Shown here: positions 9,732 to 17,663 of the stretch, piece by piece
Layout of the letters: every line of letters begins with the position of its first letter
How positions within the stretch are numbered: the first letter of the stretch is position 1
NCBI RefSeq assembly: GCF_021054785.1
Contig: NZ_CP088239.1
Location: 810,001 to 842,000 of the forward strand
Source of the DNA: Tannockella kyphosi
GTDB lineage: Bacteria > Bacillota_I > Bacilli_A > Erysipelotrichales > Coprobacillaceae
Length of the DNA: 32,000 bases
Direction of reading: 5' to 3'
The notes under the pieces: generated by a model
Told to the model about the DNA's origin: nothing
What the model saw: only the letters and a program-made list of their open reading frames with translations
Database searches by the model: none
Translations under genes and position numbers: made by a program

Positions 9732-10055
9732 ATGGAAAATAAGTTAGAGTATCAATATCTTAATGGTGATTTAATAGTTTATTTTATAGGTGAATTAGAT
9801 GGCTTAGTAACCCCAAAATATCGCTATATTTTAGATGAATTATTAAGTAATAAAAAAACGAATATTATCTTTGATTTTAAAAAGACAATATTAGTGGATA
9901 GTGCAGGAGTTGGTTTATTGATAGGTCGTTATCAACAAGTGAAGCATACAGGACATGTTTGTAGCATTCAAAATACGAGTAATGTTACGTATAAGTTGTT
10001 GGATTTATCGGGTATTTTTAAGATTATGGAGTATAGGGAGGAAGTTAAATGTTAA
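9732..10055 (+). CDS. spoIIAA: Anti-sigma-F factor antagonist SpoIIAA (STAS domain)
   Basis: ~107 aa STAS protein with the DSAGVG phospho-serine motif (VDSAGVGLLIGRY). It overlaps spoIIAB by 7 nt. ATG 9732 is preferred over GTG 9723, which lies within the SD. Confidence 0.88.
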   Translation: MENKLEYQYLNGDLIVYFIGELDGLVTPKYRYILDELLSNKKTNIIFDFKKTILVDSAGVGLLIGRYQQVKHTGHVCSIQNTSNVTYKLLDLSGIFKIMEYREEVKC

Positions 10056-10486
10056 GGGAAATGGAAGTGAGTTTTAATGCTTTGTTAGAGAATGAACCTT
10101 TTGCTAGAACATCTGTAGCATCTTTTATTGCAAGTTTAAATCCAACAATTGATGAAATGATTGAAATTAAGACAATTGTAAGTGAGGCAGTTAGTAATGC
10201 AATTGTTCATGGGTATCGGAGTGATGCTAGTAATAAGGTTGTTATTAAAGTAAAGATAGAAGAAAAACGTTTTGTAGAGATTCAAGTACAGGATTATGGA
10301 AAAGGTATCGAAAATATTGAAAAAGCAAAAACACCTTTATATAGTACGATGCAAGAATTAGAACATGCGGGGATGGGGTTTACGATTATTGAAGCATTAT
10401 CAGATAATTTAGACATAGTTTCTTCTATTGATTTAGGAACAAAACTAATTATTAAAAAAAGATTGAAAGATATGAATTTTGAATAA
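10049..10486 (+). CDS. spoIIAB: Anti-sigma-F factor SpoIIAB (serine protein kinase, GHKL ATPase)
   Basis: 145 aa with SEAVSNAIVHGY (N-box), DYGKGI (G1) and GMGFTII (G2). Confidence 0.92.
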   Translation: MLREMEVSFNALLENEPFARTSVASFIASLNPTIDEMIEIKTIVSEAVSNAIVHGYRSDASNKVVIKVKIEEKRFVEIQVQDYGKGIENIEKAKTPLYSTMQELEHAGMGFTIIEALSDNLDIVSSIDLGTKLIIKKRLKDMNFE

Positions 10487-11198
10487 GGCAGAAACACTAG
10501 AACTATTACAATTAGTACAATCAGGGGATGAGAGTGCTAAAACTAAGATAGTAGAGTTAAATATAGGGTTGGTATGGTCTATTGTTCATCGTTTTAAAAA
10601 TAATTATTATGATAAAGAAGATTTGTTTCAGATAGGTTGTATTGGATTAATGAAGGCGATTAATAATTTTGATTCTTCTTATCAAGTTCAATTTTCAACT
10701 TATGCAGTACCTATTATTATGGGTGAAATTAAACGTCATTTTAGAGATGATGGAAGTATCAAAGTGAGTCGTTCTTTAAAAGAATTGAATTTAAAAATAA
10801 CAAAAGCAAAAGAAGTGTTTATTAATGAAAATAATTGTGATCCAACAATTACTCAATTAGCAAAGTATCTAGGAGTAGAAGACCAAGATATCGTAGAAGC
10901 TATTGATTCTTCGCATTATCCAACTAGTTTAAGTGAACCTATTTATGAAAGTGATGGAAGCTCAATTGATTTAGAAGATCGTATTGAAGATAAGAAAAAT
11001 AAGTTGTGGTTTGAAAGAATTGCATTACAGATGGAAATAGCAAAACTAGATGAAAAAGAAAAACAAATTTTACATATGCGTTATAATTTAGATTATAACC
11101 AAGATAAAGTAGCAAAAGCATTATCCATATCTCAAGTCCAAGTATCTCGATTAGAAAAGAAAATCATTATGAAATTAAAAAACCGTTTTAATGAATAA
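10479..11198 (+). CDS. sigF: Sporulation sigma factor SigF (sigma-70 family, group 3)
   Basis: 239 aa with region 2 (DLFQIGCIGLMKAINNFD, FSTYAVPIIMGEIKRHFRD) and a region 4 HTH (QDKVAKALSISQVQVSRLEKK). Third gene of the spoIIA operon. TTG start overlapping the spoIIAB stop. Confidence 0.9.
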   Translation: MNKAETLELLQLVQSGDESAKTKIVELNIGLVWSIVHRFKNNYYDKEDLFQIGCIGLMKAINNFDSSYQVQFSTYAVPIIMGEIKRHFRDDGSIKVSRSLKELNLKITKAKEVFINENNCDPTITQLAKYLGVEDQDIVEAIDSSHYPTSLSEPIYESDGSSIDLEDRIEDKKNKLWFERIALQMEIAKLDEKEKQILHMRYNLDYNQDKVAKALSISQVQVSRLEKKIIMKLKNRFNE

Positions 11199-11230
11199 CA
11201 AAAAATGATATACTGTTTTAGGTGATGAAA

Positions 11231-11740
11231 ATGGAAGAAACGAAAAAATTAGCTTTAATAGAAACAATAAAAGAGTATGCATTTATTATTATTGCAACAA
11301 TTCTTTTTACTTATATATTATTATTCTTTGTACAAATATCAAAGGTATATGGAACTAGTATGTTACCAACTTATGAACAGGGTGATGTTCTTTTGTTGGA
11401 TTGCTTTTTTTATAAACAGGGTGAACCAGAAGCAAATGATATTGTGGTTATTGATTATTATGATGCTAATAACGAAGAAACTTATATTATTAAAAGAGTG
11501 GTAGCAGTAGGTGGTGATCAATTAGAAATAATCGATAATCAATTATATGTAAATGGTGAATTAGTGATAGAAGACTATATTTATGAAGAGATGGATACAG
11601 AAGATATTTCTGTTTATGTCCCGGAAGGTAAAATATTTGTAATGGGTGATAACCGTAATGTTTCCTTAGATTCAAGAATGATTGGATATGTTGATTTTGA
11701 GGATGATGTTGTGGGAACTGTTCTTTTTCAAATATTTTAG
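11231..11740 (+). CDS. Signal peptidase I (S26 family). The start is ambiguous: GTG 11222, ATG 11225 or ATG 11231.
   Basis: TM anchor, then the catalytic Ser box GTSMLPT, the Lys box IKRVVAVGGD, and GDNRNVSLDSR. It begins about 25-30 nt after sigF, with no hairpin between them. Confidence 0.88.
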   Translation: MEETKKLALIETIKEYAFIIIATILFTYILLFFVQISKVYGTSMLPTYEQGDVLLLDCFFYKQGEPEANDIVVIDYYDANNEETYIIKRVVAVGGDQLEIIDNQLYVNGELVIEDYIYEEMDTEDISVYVPEGKIFVMGDNRNVSLDSRMIGYVDFEDDVVGTVLFQIF

Positions 11741-11757
11741 CCTACGGGCTTTTTTTA
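11739..11757 (+). terminator. Weak intrinsic terminator after the signal peptidase gene
   Basis: AGCC-tacg-GGCT is only a 4-bp stem, followed by T7. Confidence 0.4.
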
Positions 11758-11828
11758 TAAAATAAAAATAGCCTGTAGAAACGTGTTTTTTTTAGGAAAA
11801 ATGAAGATAAAATTATAGTAAAAATAAT

Positions 11829-11857
11829 TTGACAAACGTCTCTAAAAAAATTATAAT
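11829..11857 (+). promoter_or_regulatory. Perfect consensus sigma-A promoter
   Basis: TTGACA (11829-11834), exactly 17 nt of spacer, then TATAAT (11852-11857). This leaves a leader of about 140 nt before the ATG at 12007. Confidence 0.7.
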
Positions 11858-12006
11858 GAGAAAAATTAGATATTGTATACATTTTTTAAGGATAAAAAAC
11901 CCTAAGAAAAAGCTTTTTAGAGAAGAGAACTCAAGATAGAAGTTTATTTCTAATTATTAATTTATTTAAAAGACAAGTTGCAATATTGAAAGGAAAGGGT
12001 GATTAT

Positions 12007-13761
12007 ATGGCATATAAATTCAACATAACTAGAGGAAATGCGATACTTAACTTCTCACAAGAATATTGTCAATCAAGATGCGAATTGATTGAAAGTGAAT
12101 CTTTTGCGAGAGTTTTACGTGGTTTCATCAATGACTGTGTACGTAAAGAAAATACGATTTATACTTATCTAGATGAAGCAAATAAAGATGAATTAGATAC
12201 AGTAGAAGACTTGCGTTTAATTTTTAAACTATTATTAGTCATGTCAGTAGAAGAAGTTACTTCTTCTTATCCAGGGTTAGCTATTTATTTTAGAGATCGT
12301 GGGGAATTTGTTAAAGTTGTCGAAGAGGTGTATTTATATTGGAGAAGACTGCAACGTTATAGCGTTGTATTTAATGAAAAAACAAGTAAAGGATATCAAA
12401 ATGTTCAGTTTGCAGATGCTCAATCTAAATTTGAAGCATTAGTATTATCTGTATATCGTAGTATTGAAGAAACAGCGTTAGGATATCGTCATAACGTTTA
12501 TCGTCAAGTAACTGCAGGTGTAAATGCAGGATTACGTGTTACTAACATTCGTTCTTTCTTGCCTTATGAATATCGTTGTTTAGATGATATTCCTTTCATT
12601 GAAACAGTGATTATTCATCCACCGTTTATTACTTATTCAAAACGTAATACTCGTGATGGGATTTTTCCGGAAACAAAATCAAATCCGATTGAAGATTTAA
12701 AATTCGATAGTGATCAATGGTTCTGTTATCCAGCAAAAGTGGGAGATTTATTAGCGTTTGTTTATTTCAATGTTTCATTTATGGCTCAAGGGGTTACTTT
12801 ATGTAACTTATTTGAATTAGCAGATGAAGAAGAATATCGCAATCGTAAACCAGATATCTTATATGTATATGGATATGAAGATGGCAAAGGAGATCAATCA
12901 TTCTACCAAGATAATGTAAATGATATGATGGTTGCTAAATTATCTTTCAGTGATGAGTTTGATTATTTTGGATATATGAAAAAAATGGTTTTAACATTAC
13001 ACAATGTTCGTAAAATCAATAAAAAAGAATTACCAATTCATGGTGCAATGGTAAAGATTACTTTACATTCGGGGGAAGTAAAGAATATTGCTGTCATGGG
13101 AGACAGTGGTGCTGGTAAATCAGAAACTATTGAACAAATTAAGGTTTTTGGGGAACCTTATATCCGTGATATTATTACTATTTATGACGATATGGGTTTA
13201 TTGTCATATGATGAAGAAGGTAAAATTAAGTCTTCAGGGACTGAAATTGGTGCATTTGTACGTTTAGATGATTTAGATGCAGGATATAGCTTTAAAGAGT
13301 TAGACCGTTCTGTATTTATGAATCCAGATAAGATTAATGCTCGTATTGTTATCCCTATTGCAGACTATAAAGATGTAGTAGCAAAACATGATGTTGATTT
13401 CTTCTTATATGCTAACAATTATGATGAAGGTGGAGAAGCTTTAAGTTTCTTTGATAATAAAGAAGATGCGTTAAAAGTATTCCGTGCTGGAGCTCGTATG
13501 GCTAAAGGAACAACTACTGAAAATGGATTAGTAGAAAGTTATTTCGCAAATCCTTTTGGACCAGTTCAAAGAAAAGAACAAACAGAACCTATTTTAGAAG
13601 ATTATTTTGATCAAATGTTTAAACAAGGTGTTCAAGTTGGTCAATTAAGAACTCGTCTAGGTTTAAAAGGTTTTGAACATAAAGGACCGAAAGAAGCAGC
13701 TATTGAAATTATTAAATATATTACAGGTGAAGATGAATTAAAATTAGATATCACTAAATAA
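12007..13761 (+). CDS. Uncharacterised ~585-aa protein with a C-terminal HPr-kinase/PEP-carboxykinase-like P-loop domain
   Basis: IHGAMVKI...VMGDSGAGKSETIEQI...IYDDMGLL...GTEIGAFVRL (Walker A at 13099-13125) parallels HprK (lHG..v...G.SG.GKSE..LeL...vaDD...EIRG). I did not recognise the first ~350 aa. ATG 12007 with SD AAAGGGTG is preferred over TTG 11986. Confidence 0.6.
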   Translation: MAYKFNITRGNAILNFSQEYCQSRCELIESESFARVLRGFINDCVRKENTIYTYLDEANKDELDTVEDLRLIFKLLLVMSVEEVTSSYPGLAIYFRDRGEFVKVVEEVYLYWRRLQRYSVVFNEKTSKGYQNVQFADAQSKFEALVLSVYRSIEETALGYRHNVYRQVTAGVNAGLRVTNIRSFLPYEYRCLDDIPFIETVIIHPPFITYSKRNTRDGIFPETKSNPIEDLKFDSDQWFCYPAKVGDLLAFVYFNVSFMAQGVTLCNLFELADEEEYRNRKPDILYVYGYEDGKGDQSFYQDNVNDMMVAKLSFSDEFDYFGYMKKMVLTLHNVRKINKKELPIHGAMVKITLHSGEVKNIAVMGDSGAGKSETIEQIKVFGEPYIRDIITIYDDMGLLSYDEEGKIKSSGTEIGAFVRLDDLDAGYSFKELDRSVFMNPDKINARIVIPIADYKDVVAKHDVDFFLYANNYDEGGEALSFFDNKEDALKVFRAGARMAKGTTTENGLVESYFANPFGPVQRKEQTEPILEDYFDQMFKQGVQVGQLRTRLGLKGFEHKGPKEAAIEIIKYITGEDELKLDITK

Positions 13762-13784
13762 AAAGTGTCGAAAGACACTTTTTA
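13761..13784. terminator. Bidirectional intrinsic terminator shared by convergent genes
   Basis: AAAAGTGTC-gaaa-GACACTTTT is a 9-bp stem with a GNRA-like loop. It has A/T runs on both sides and overlaps both stop codons. Confidence 0.75.
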
Positions 13785-14516
13785 CTTTGTTCTTATTAAT
13801 AATTCATAAGGAATATAATGAGCTAATTGATTGTCATCTCTGGTAAGTTGTTTTGCATGTTTTTTTAATCGTTGCATTACTTGATTTATGATGTTTTTTG
13901 GTGGCATTTTTGTAATGTGGAAACAAGGTTGGATATAATAGTCAGTTATTTTTTTAAATCCTAAATGAATTGTTTCTAATAAATCAATAAGAGAGGAGTC
14001 ATTACCCTCAAATAAGAATAAATAAAAATCATTAACATCTTCTCTTAGAAAATGGGTTCCTAAATAAGGAATTGTTTGACGAAGGATATTTAGTATCTCT
14101 TTTTCTATTTCTAGATTTGATAAATCTATATTTGTATAAAAATCAAAGTGAAGGATATAAGGACCAACTTTGCTAGAGTGATAAATACTGTTTTCAAATA
14201 GTGGAATTGTATTTATTGGAAATGAGAAGGTAGAAATAGGATCACTTTGTGTTTTAAATTCTAAGACAGTTACATGATTAAGGTTACTTTGGTTTTTAAT
14301 GATTAAGATATTATCTTTTGTTTGGATGCTATTGTTATTTTTTAATAGTTTTTTTATAGGATATTTTTTAAAGAATGTAGCGAGAGGTTGTTCTTTGTTT
14401 GTTTCTAATTGATAAACAGTTTCTTCGTTTAATGAAATTAGATATTTTTTATGAAAGTATAAATTCATAAAATCTATTTCCGATAGTGTATGATAAAATA
14501 TTTGTTCTTTGTTCAT
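13782..14516 (-). CDS. Hypothetical protein, 244 aa, no confident family assignment
   Basis: ATG at 14516 is preceded by the SD AAGGAG (rc of 14521-14529). The TTG-extended form to 14603 is unlikely. The stretch THFLREDVNDFYLFLFEGND faintly resembles a degenerate GGDEF region. Confidence 0.55.
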   Translation of the reverse strand: MNKEQIFYHTLSEIDFMNLYFHKKYLISLNEETVYQLETNKEQPLATFFKKYPIKKLLKNNNSIQTKDNILIIKNQSNLNHVTVLEFKTQSDPISTFSFPINTIPLFENSIYHSSKVGPYILHFDFYTNIDLSNLEIEKEILNILRQTIPYLGTHFLREDVNDFYLFLFEGNDSSLIDLLETIHLGFKKITDYYIQPCFHITKMPPKNIINQVMQRLKKHAKQLTRDDNQLAHYIPYELLIRTK

Positions 14517-14634
14517 AGTTTCTCCTTTTTGTGTTTCAAGATAATAGCATAAATAGAATAGAAAGGAAAGAGTTTTATCAACAACGACATAATAACTCGA
14601 CAACCAGAATAGACTAGAAATAAAGAGGGATTCG

Positions 14635-15630
14635 ATGAAACATATTCAAGAGAAAAAAGAACGTATTATATTCTTTATTTATTATTTAATCATAGGATTA
14701 AGTCTATTCGTTATTTGTTATGTTATTAAAAATTATTTAATGGGTTTGGTATGTTGTTTGTTGGTGGTTGGAAGTATGCAATCACTACTGTCAATGTTAG
14801 AAAAGAAAGATATAATTCATTCTAAGATAGCAAGAATACTTGTTTGTTTTGTTGTTTATATAGGACTATTTATTGTGATAAGTGGGGGTAGTTATTTTTT
14901 ATCGCAACGATTTATAATGGTTATTACTTGGTTTTTTAATCAGATTGAAAAGATTGATACTTCTAATTATATAGTATCTAAATTGATTGATTATATTCAT
15001 ATAAATCAAGTTAGTATAATGAATAATAGTATTGCATGGATTCATCAGTTCTTAATTAGTTTACCTAATCTTTTTTTGAATCTTTTTTTTGTGATATTAA
15101 CTTCTTTTTTAGTTTTATTTGATTATTATCATTTGAAAATGAAACTAATGGACTTGTTAGGGAAATATGCTTTGCAGGGATATTTTATAGTAGAAACTAG
15201 TAAACGGGTGTTGGGGATTTATTTGAAAGTGCATATTAAGATTTATTTTTGTTTGTTAGTAGAGATGTTGATTGGATTTTATTTATTTGGGATAAAACCA
15301 GCTTTTTGTTATGCGTTTGTTTTTTCTTTTTTTGACTTATTGCCAGTGATAGGAATAGAGTTAGTCTTTTTACCATGGATTTTCTATTTATTTATTCAAG
15401 GAGATCTTATTTTTGCTTTTCAGTTATTGTTGTTATATAGCGTTTTGTTTTTTTCAAAACAATGGATTGAAACAAAAGGAATGGCGGATTATTGTGGGAT
15501 ACCAGTCCTATATATGTTAATAGGGATTTATATATGTATTCGTTTTTTTGGATTAATAGGCATGTTAATTGGGCCATTTTTATGTATAATGTTATATGAA
15601 ATATATATAAAGGGGAAAGAAAATGGATAA
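14635..15630 (+). CDS. Polytopic membrane protein, AI-2E (PerM) transporter family / sporulation YtvI-like
   Basis: 331 aa with about 8 hydrophobic segments. The topology and the C-terminal GxxGxxxGP-like segment (FGLIGMLIGPF) are typical of the AI-2E family. SD AGAGGGA. Confidence 0.55.
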   Translation: MKHIQEKKERIIFFIYYLIIGLSLFVICYVIKNYLMGLVCCLLVVGSMQSLLSMLEKKDIIHSKIARILVCFVVYIGLFIVISGGSYFLSQRFIMVITWFFNQIEKIDTSNYIVSKLIDYIHINQVSIMNNSIAWIHQFLISLPNLFLNLFFVILTSFLVLFDYYHLKMKLMDLLGKYALQGYFIVETSKRVLGIYLKVHIKIYFCLLVEMLIGFYLFGIKPAFCYAFVFSFFDLLPVIGIELVFLPWIFYLFIQGDLIFAFQLLLLYSVLFFSKQWIETKGMADYCGIPVLYMLIGIYICIRFFGLIGMLIGPFLCIMLYEIYIKGKENG

Positions 15631-16396
15631 GAAATATTTTTTCTTTGATATAGATGGTACATTAGTAGATAATCAAACCAAAGAAATTGTACCCTCTGCA
15701 TTAGAGACATTAAACTTATTACAACAAAATGGTCATTTTGTAGCAATAGCGACAGGGAGAGCACATTATAAAGCAATTCATTTTAGTAAATCTGTTGGTA
15801 TTAAAAATATGATTTGTAATGGTGGGTATGGAATCGTTGTAAATGAGGAGTTAATTGAAAATAGACCATTAGATAGAGAAAAATCAATAGCACTTTATCA
15901 AGAAGCAATACGACTAGGATATGGTGTATTATTAGCGTTAGACGATAGTCAATATGTTACTAGCCAAGATATGCAATTTATCAAACAAGTAGGTTATCGT
16001 AATGAACCAACTACTTATTTAATAGATAGTGACTTTGATATTCATCAAGTTGAAAATATTTATAAAATATATGTAGCTATATCTTCAAAAGAAGAAGATA
16101 AACTTACTTTAAAAGATACATTAGGTCATTTACGATTTGTAGAAGAGTATTTAATGTTTCAAAATGATGATAAAAAATGGGGTGTTTGTAAAATGATGGA
16201 CCTATTAAACGCTAATTATAAAGATGTTGTCGTCTTTGGTGATGATTTTAATGATTTAGTGATGTTTGATAAGTACTGGTACAGTATTGCAATGGGGAAT
16301 GCCTGCGATGAATTGAAACAAAAAGCAGACTATATTTGTGATACGAATATAAATGATGGTATTTATAAAGTGTGTCGTGAAAAAGGTTGGATTTGA
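15623..16396 (+). CDS. Cof-type HAD-IIB family hydrolase (second copy in the window)
   Basis: FFDIDGTLV, ATGR and FGDDFNDLVM motifs. It overlaps the upstream membrane gene by 8 nt. Confidence 0.8.
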   Translation: MDKKYFFFDIDGTLVDNQTKEIVPSALETLNLLQQNGHFVAIATGRAHYKAIHFSKSVGIKNMICNGGYGIVVNEELIENRPLDREKSIALYQEAIRLGYGVLLALDDSQYVTSQDMQFIKQVGYRNEPTTYLIDSDFDIHQVENIYKIYVAISSKEEDKLTLKDTLGHLRFVEEYLMFQNDDKKWGVCKMMDLLNANYKDVVVFGDDFNDLVMFDKYWYSIAMGNACDELKQKADYICDTNINDGIYKVCREKGWI

Positions 16397-16419
16397 GAGG
16401 TTAAAAAATGATTTTTTTA

Positions 16420-16448
16420 TTGACTCTATCGTATAAATAATTTATAAT
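16420..16448 (+). promoter_or_regulatory. Sigma-A promoter for rpsO
   Basis: TTGACT (16420-16425), 17 nt of spacer, TATAAT (16443-16448). The ~80-nt leader contains hairpins. Confidence 0.65.
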
Positions 16449-16534
16449 GTTCATTGCAGCAGTATCTAGGATATACGAACACTCAACGTATTGCTTGGAA
16501 CTAGCTAAGCAAATAACATTAGGAGGATAATAAA

Positions 16535-16801
16535 ATGTTAACAAAAGCAGAAAAAACAGCTATCATGACTGAATATGCAACAAAAGAAGGAGATACAGGA
16601 TCTCCAGAAGTACAAATCGCAGTATTAACTGCTGATATCAACAAATTAAATGGTCACTTTAAAGATCATCCAAAAGATTTCCATTCAAACCGTGGATTAT
16701 TAAAAAAAGTTGGTAAAAGAAGAGATTTATTAAAATATTTAAAAAACAAAGATTTAGAAAGATACACTGTATTAATCAAAAAATTAGGTTTAAGAAGATA
16801 G
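16535..16801 (+). CDS. rpsO: 30S ribosomal protein S15
   Basis: 88 aa with [14 protein letters not shown]...HLKDH-like ([23 protein letters not shown]) S15 signatures. SD AGGAGG. Confidence 0.95.
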   Translation: MLTKAEKTAIMTEYATKEGDTGSPEVQIAVLTADINKLNGHFKDHPKDFHSNRGLLKKVGKRRDLLKYLKNKDLERYTVLIKKLGLRR

Positions 16802-16807
16802 TAAGAG

Positions 16808-16832
16808 AAGGTGTCCTAGGATACCTTTTTTT
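16808..16832 (+). terminator. Intrinsic terminator after rpsO
   Basis: AAGGTGTC-ctag-GATACCTT is an 8-bp stem with one G-U pair, followed by T-run. Confidence 0.7.
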
Positions 16833-16848
16833 ATAAAAGGAGACAAAA

Positions 16849-17238
16849 ATGAAGTATTCAGAACTAAGACTATTTATTTTACATTCTATTTTTTGTTTGT
16901 TATTAATAATAGCAGGAGCTTATTTTTATTTAATAGCAGATAAGATTCGATTATTAATTATTCTTTTTATGATTGTTAATTTATTATTTATTTTATTTGT
17001 TCGTAATAAGTTAAAAATATTTGATGATTCATTTGTTGCTTATTCCTATAGAGGAATAGGAATATTACCTTATATTATAGAGTTTAGTGATTTGGATTGT
17101 TTTGAATTGTTGTCAAAACATCGTATACGTATTACTACAAAGCAAAAGAAGGTTACTTTATATATTATGAATGCTAGTTTGTTTTGTGATGAACTAACTG
17201 AAAAATATGATTCTTATCAACAAACGGTTACTAGTTAG
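16849..17238 (+). CDS. Small hypothetical membrane protein (two N-terminal TM helices plus a ~70-aa soluble tail)
   Basis: 129-aa ORF. The SD AAAGGAG lies 6 nt upstream. Hydrophobic segments are LFILHSIFCLLLIIAGAYFYLI and LLIILFMIVNLLFILFV. Confidence 0.5.
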   Translation: MKYSELRLFILHSIFCLLLIIAGAYFYLIADKIRLLIILFMIVNLLFILFVRNKLKIFDDSFVAYSYRGIGILPYIIEFSDLDCFELLSKHRIRITTKQKKVTLYIMNASLFCDELTEKYDSYQQTVTS

Positions 17239-17267
17239 ATTTTTTAAATGAAATAAATTATATAAAG

Positions 17268-17298
17268 AAGTCCATGATCTATGTCATGGACTTTTTTT
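17268..17298 (+). terminator. Intrinsic terminator
   Basis: AAGTCCATGA-tctatg-TCATGGACTT is a perfect 10-bp stem followed by T7. Confidence 0.8.
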
Positions 17299-17601
17299 GT
17301 CAATAATATCGATTTATTTGATAATTGTTATAGAAAAATAGTATTCATATAGAAGGTATTAGATATTTATGAGGCATGTTTCTGTATTTCAGTAGCCATT
17401 TTTAACAAGAAGGATAGTTAAAAAGAAATGTGGGATAAAAAATGGGATAAAGATGTTAAATTTAGACAACCCAAAGCAATTCTTTGTATAAGTGAATAAC
17501 TAAACTATAAATCTAAATAATTCCCTATTTTACAAAGCTTTTTAAGTTTTATTAAGTCTTTTTACTAGTTATACAATGTTATGTTTTTTAAAATGTAAGC
17601 G

Positions 17602-17630
17602 TTGACATTTTGGTGTCATTGTGGAATAAT
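17602..17630 (+). promoter_or_regulatory. Candidate sigma-A promoter for the ABC transporter operon, with an overlapping small palindrome
   Basis: TTGACA (17602-17607), 17 nt of spacer, AATAAT (17625-17630). The inverted repeat TGACA-n6-TGTCA (17603-17618) overlaps the -35 and the spacer. Confidence 0.45.
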
Positions 17631-17663
17631 ATGGGTATACAATTCAAAAAGGAGAGGAATTTG

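Noticed and set aside
11986-12006. Upstream TTG/GTG/ATG N-terminal extensions in the ORF track. The same issue applies to 8473-8499, 17610-17663, 14517-14603, 22826-22885, 4489-4572 and 9723-9731.
   Set aside because: In each case an internal ATG is preceded at proper spacing by a good SD. That ATG also gives the expected N-terminus (signal peptide, lipobox, or conserved family start). The extensions overlap upstream genes or terminators.
17319-17333. Fur-box-like sequence TGATAATtGTTATAG upstream of the iron-type ABC operon
   Set aside because: Only one half-site is perfect (about 11 of 14 positions match the 7-1-7 consensus). It lies about 270 nt upstream of the candidate promoter, and such AT-rich matches are expected by chance here. 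It is kept only as a note within the spacer finding.
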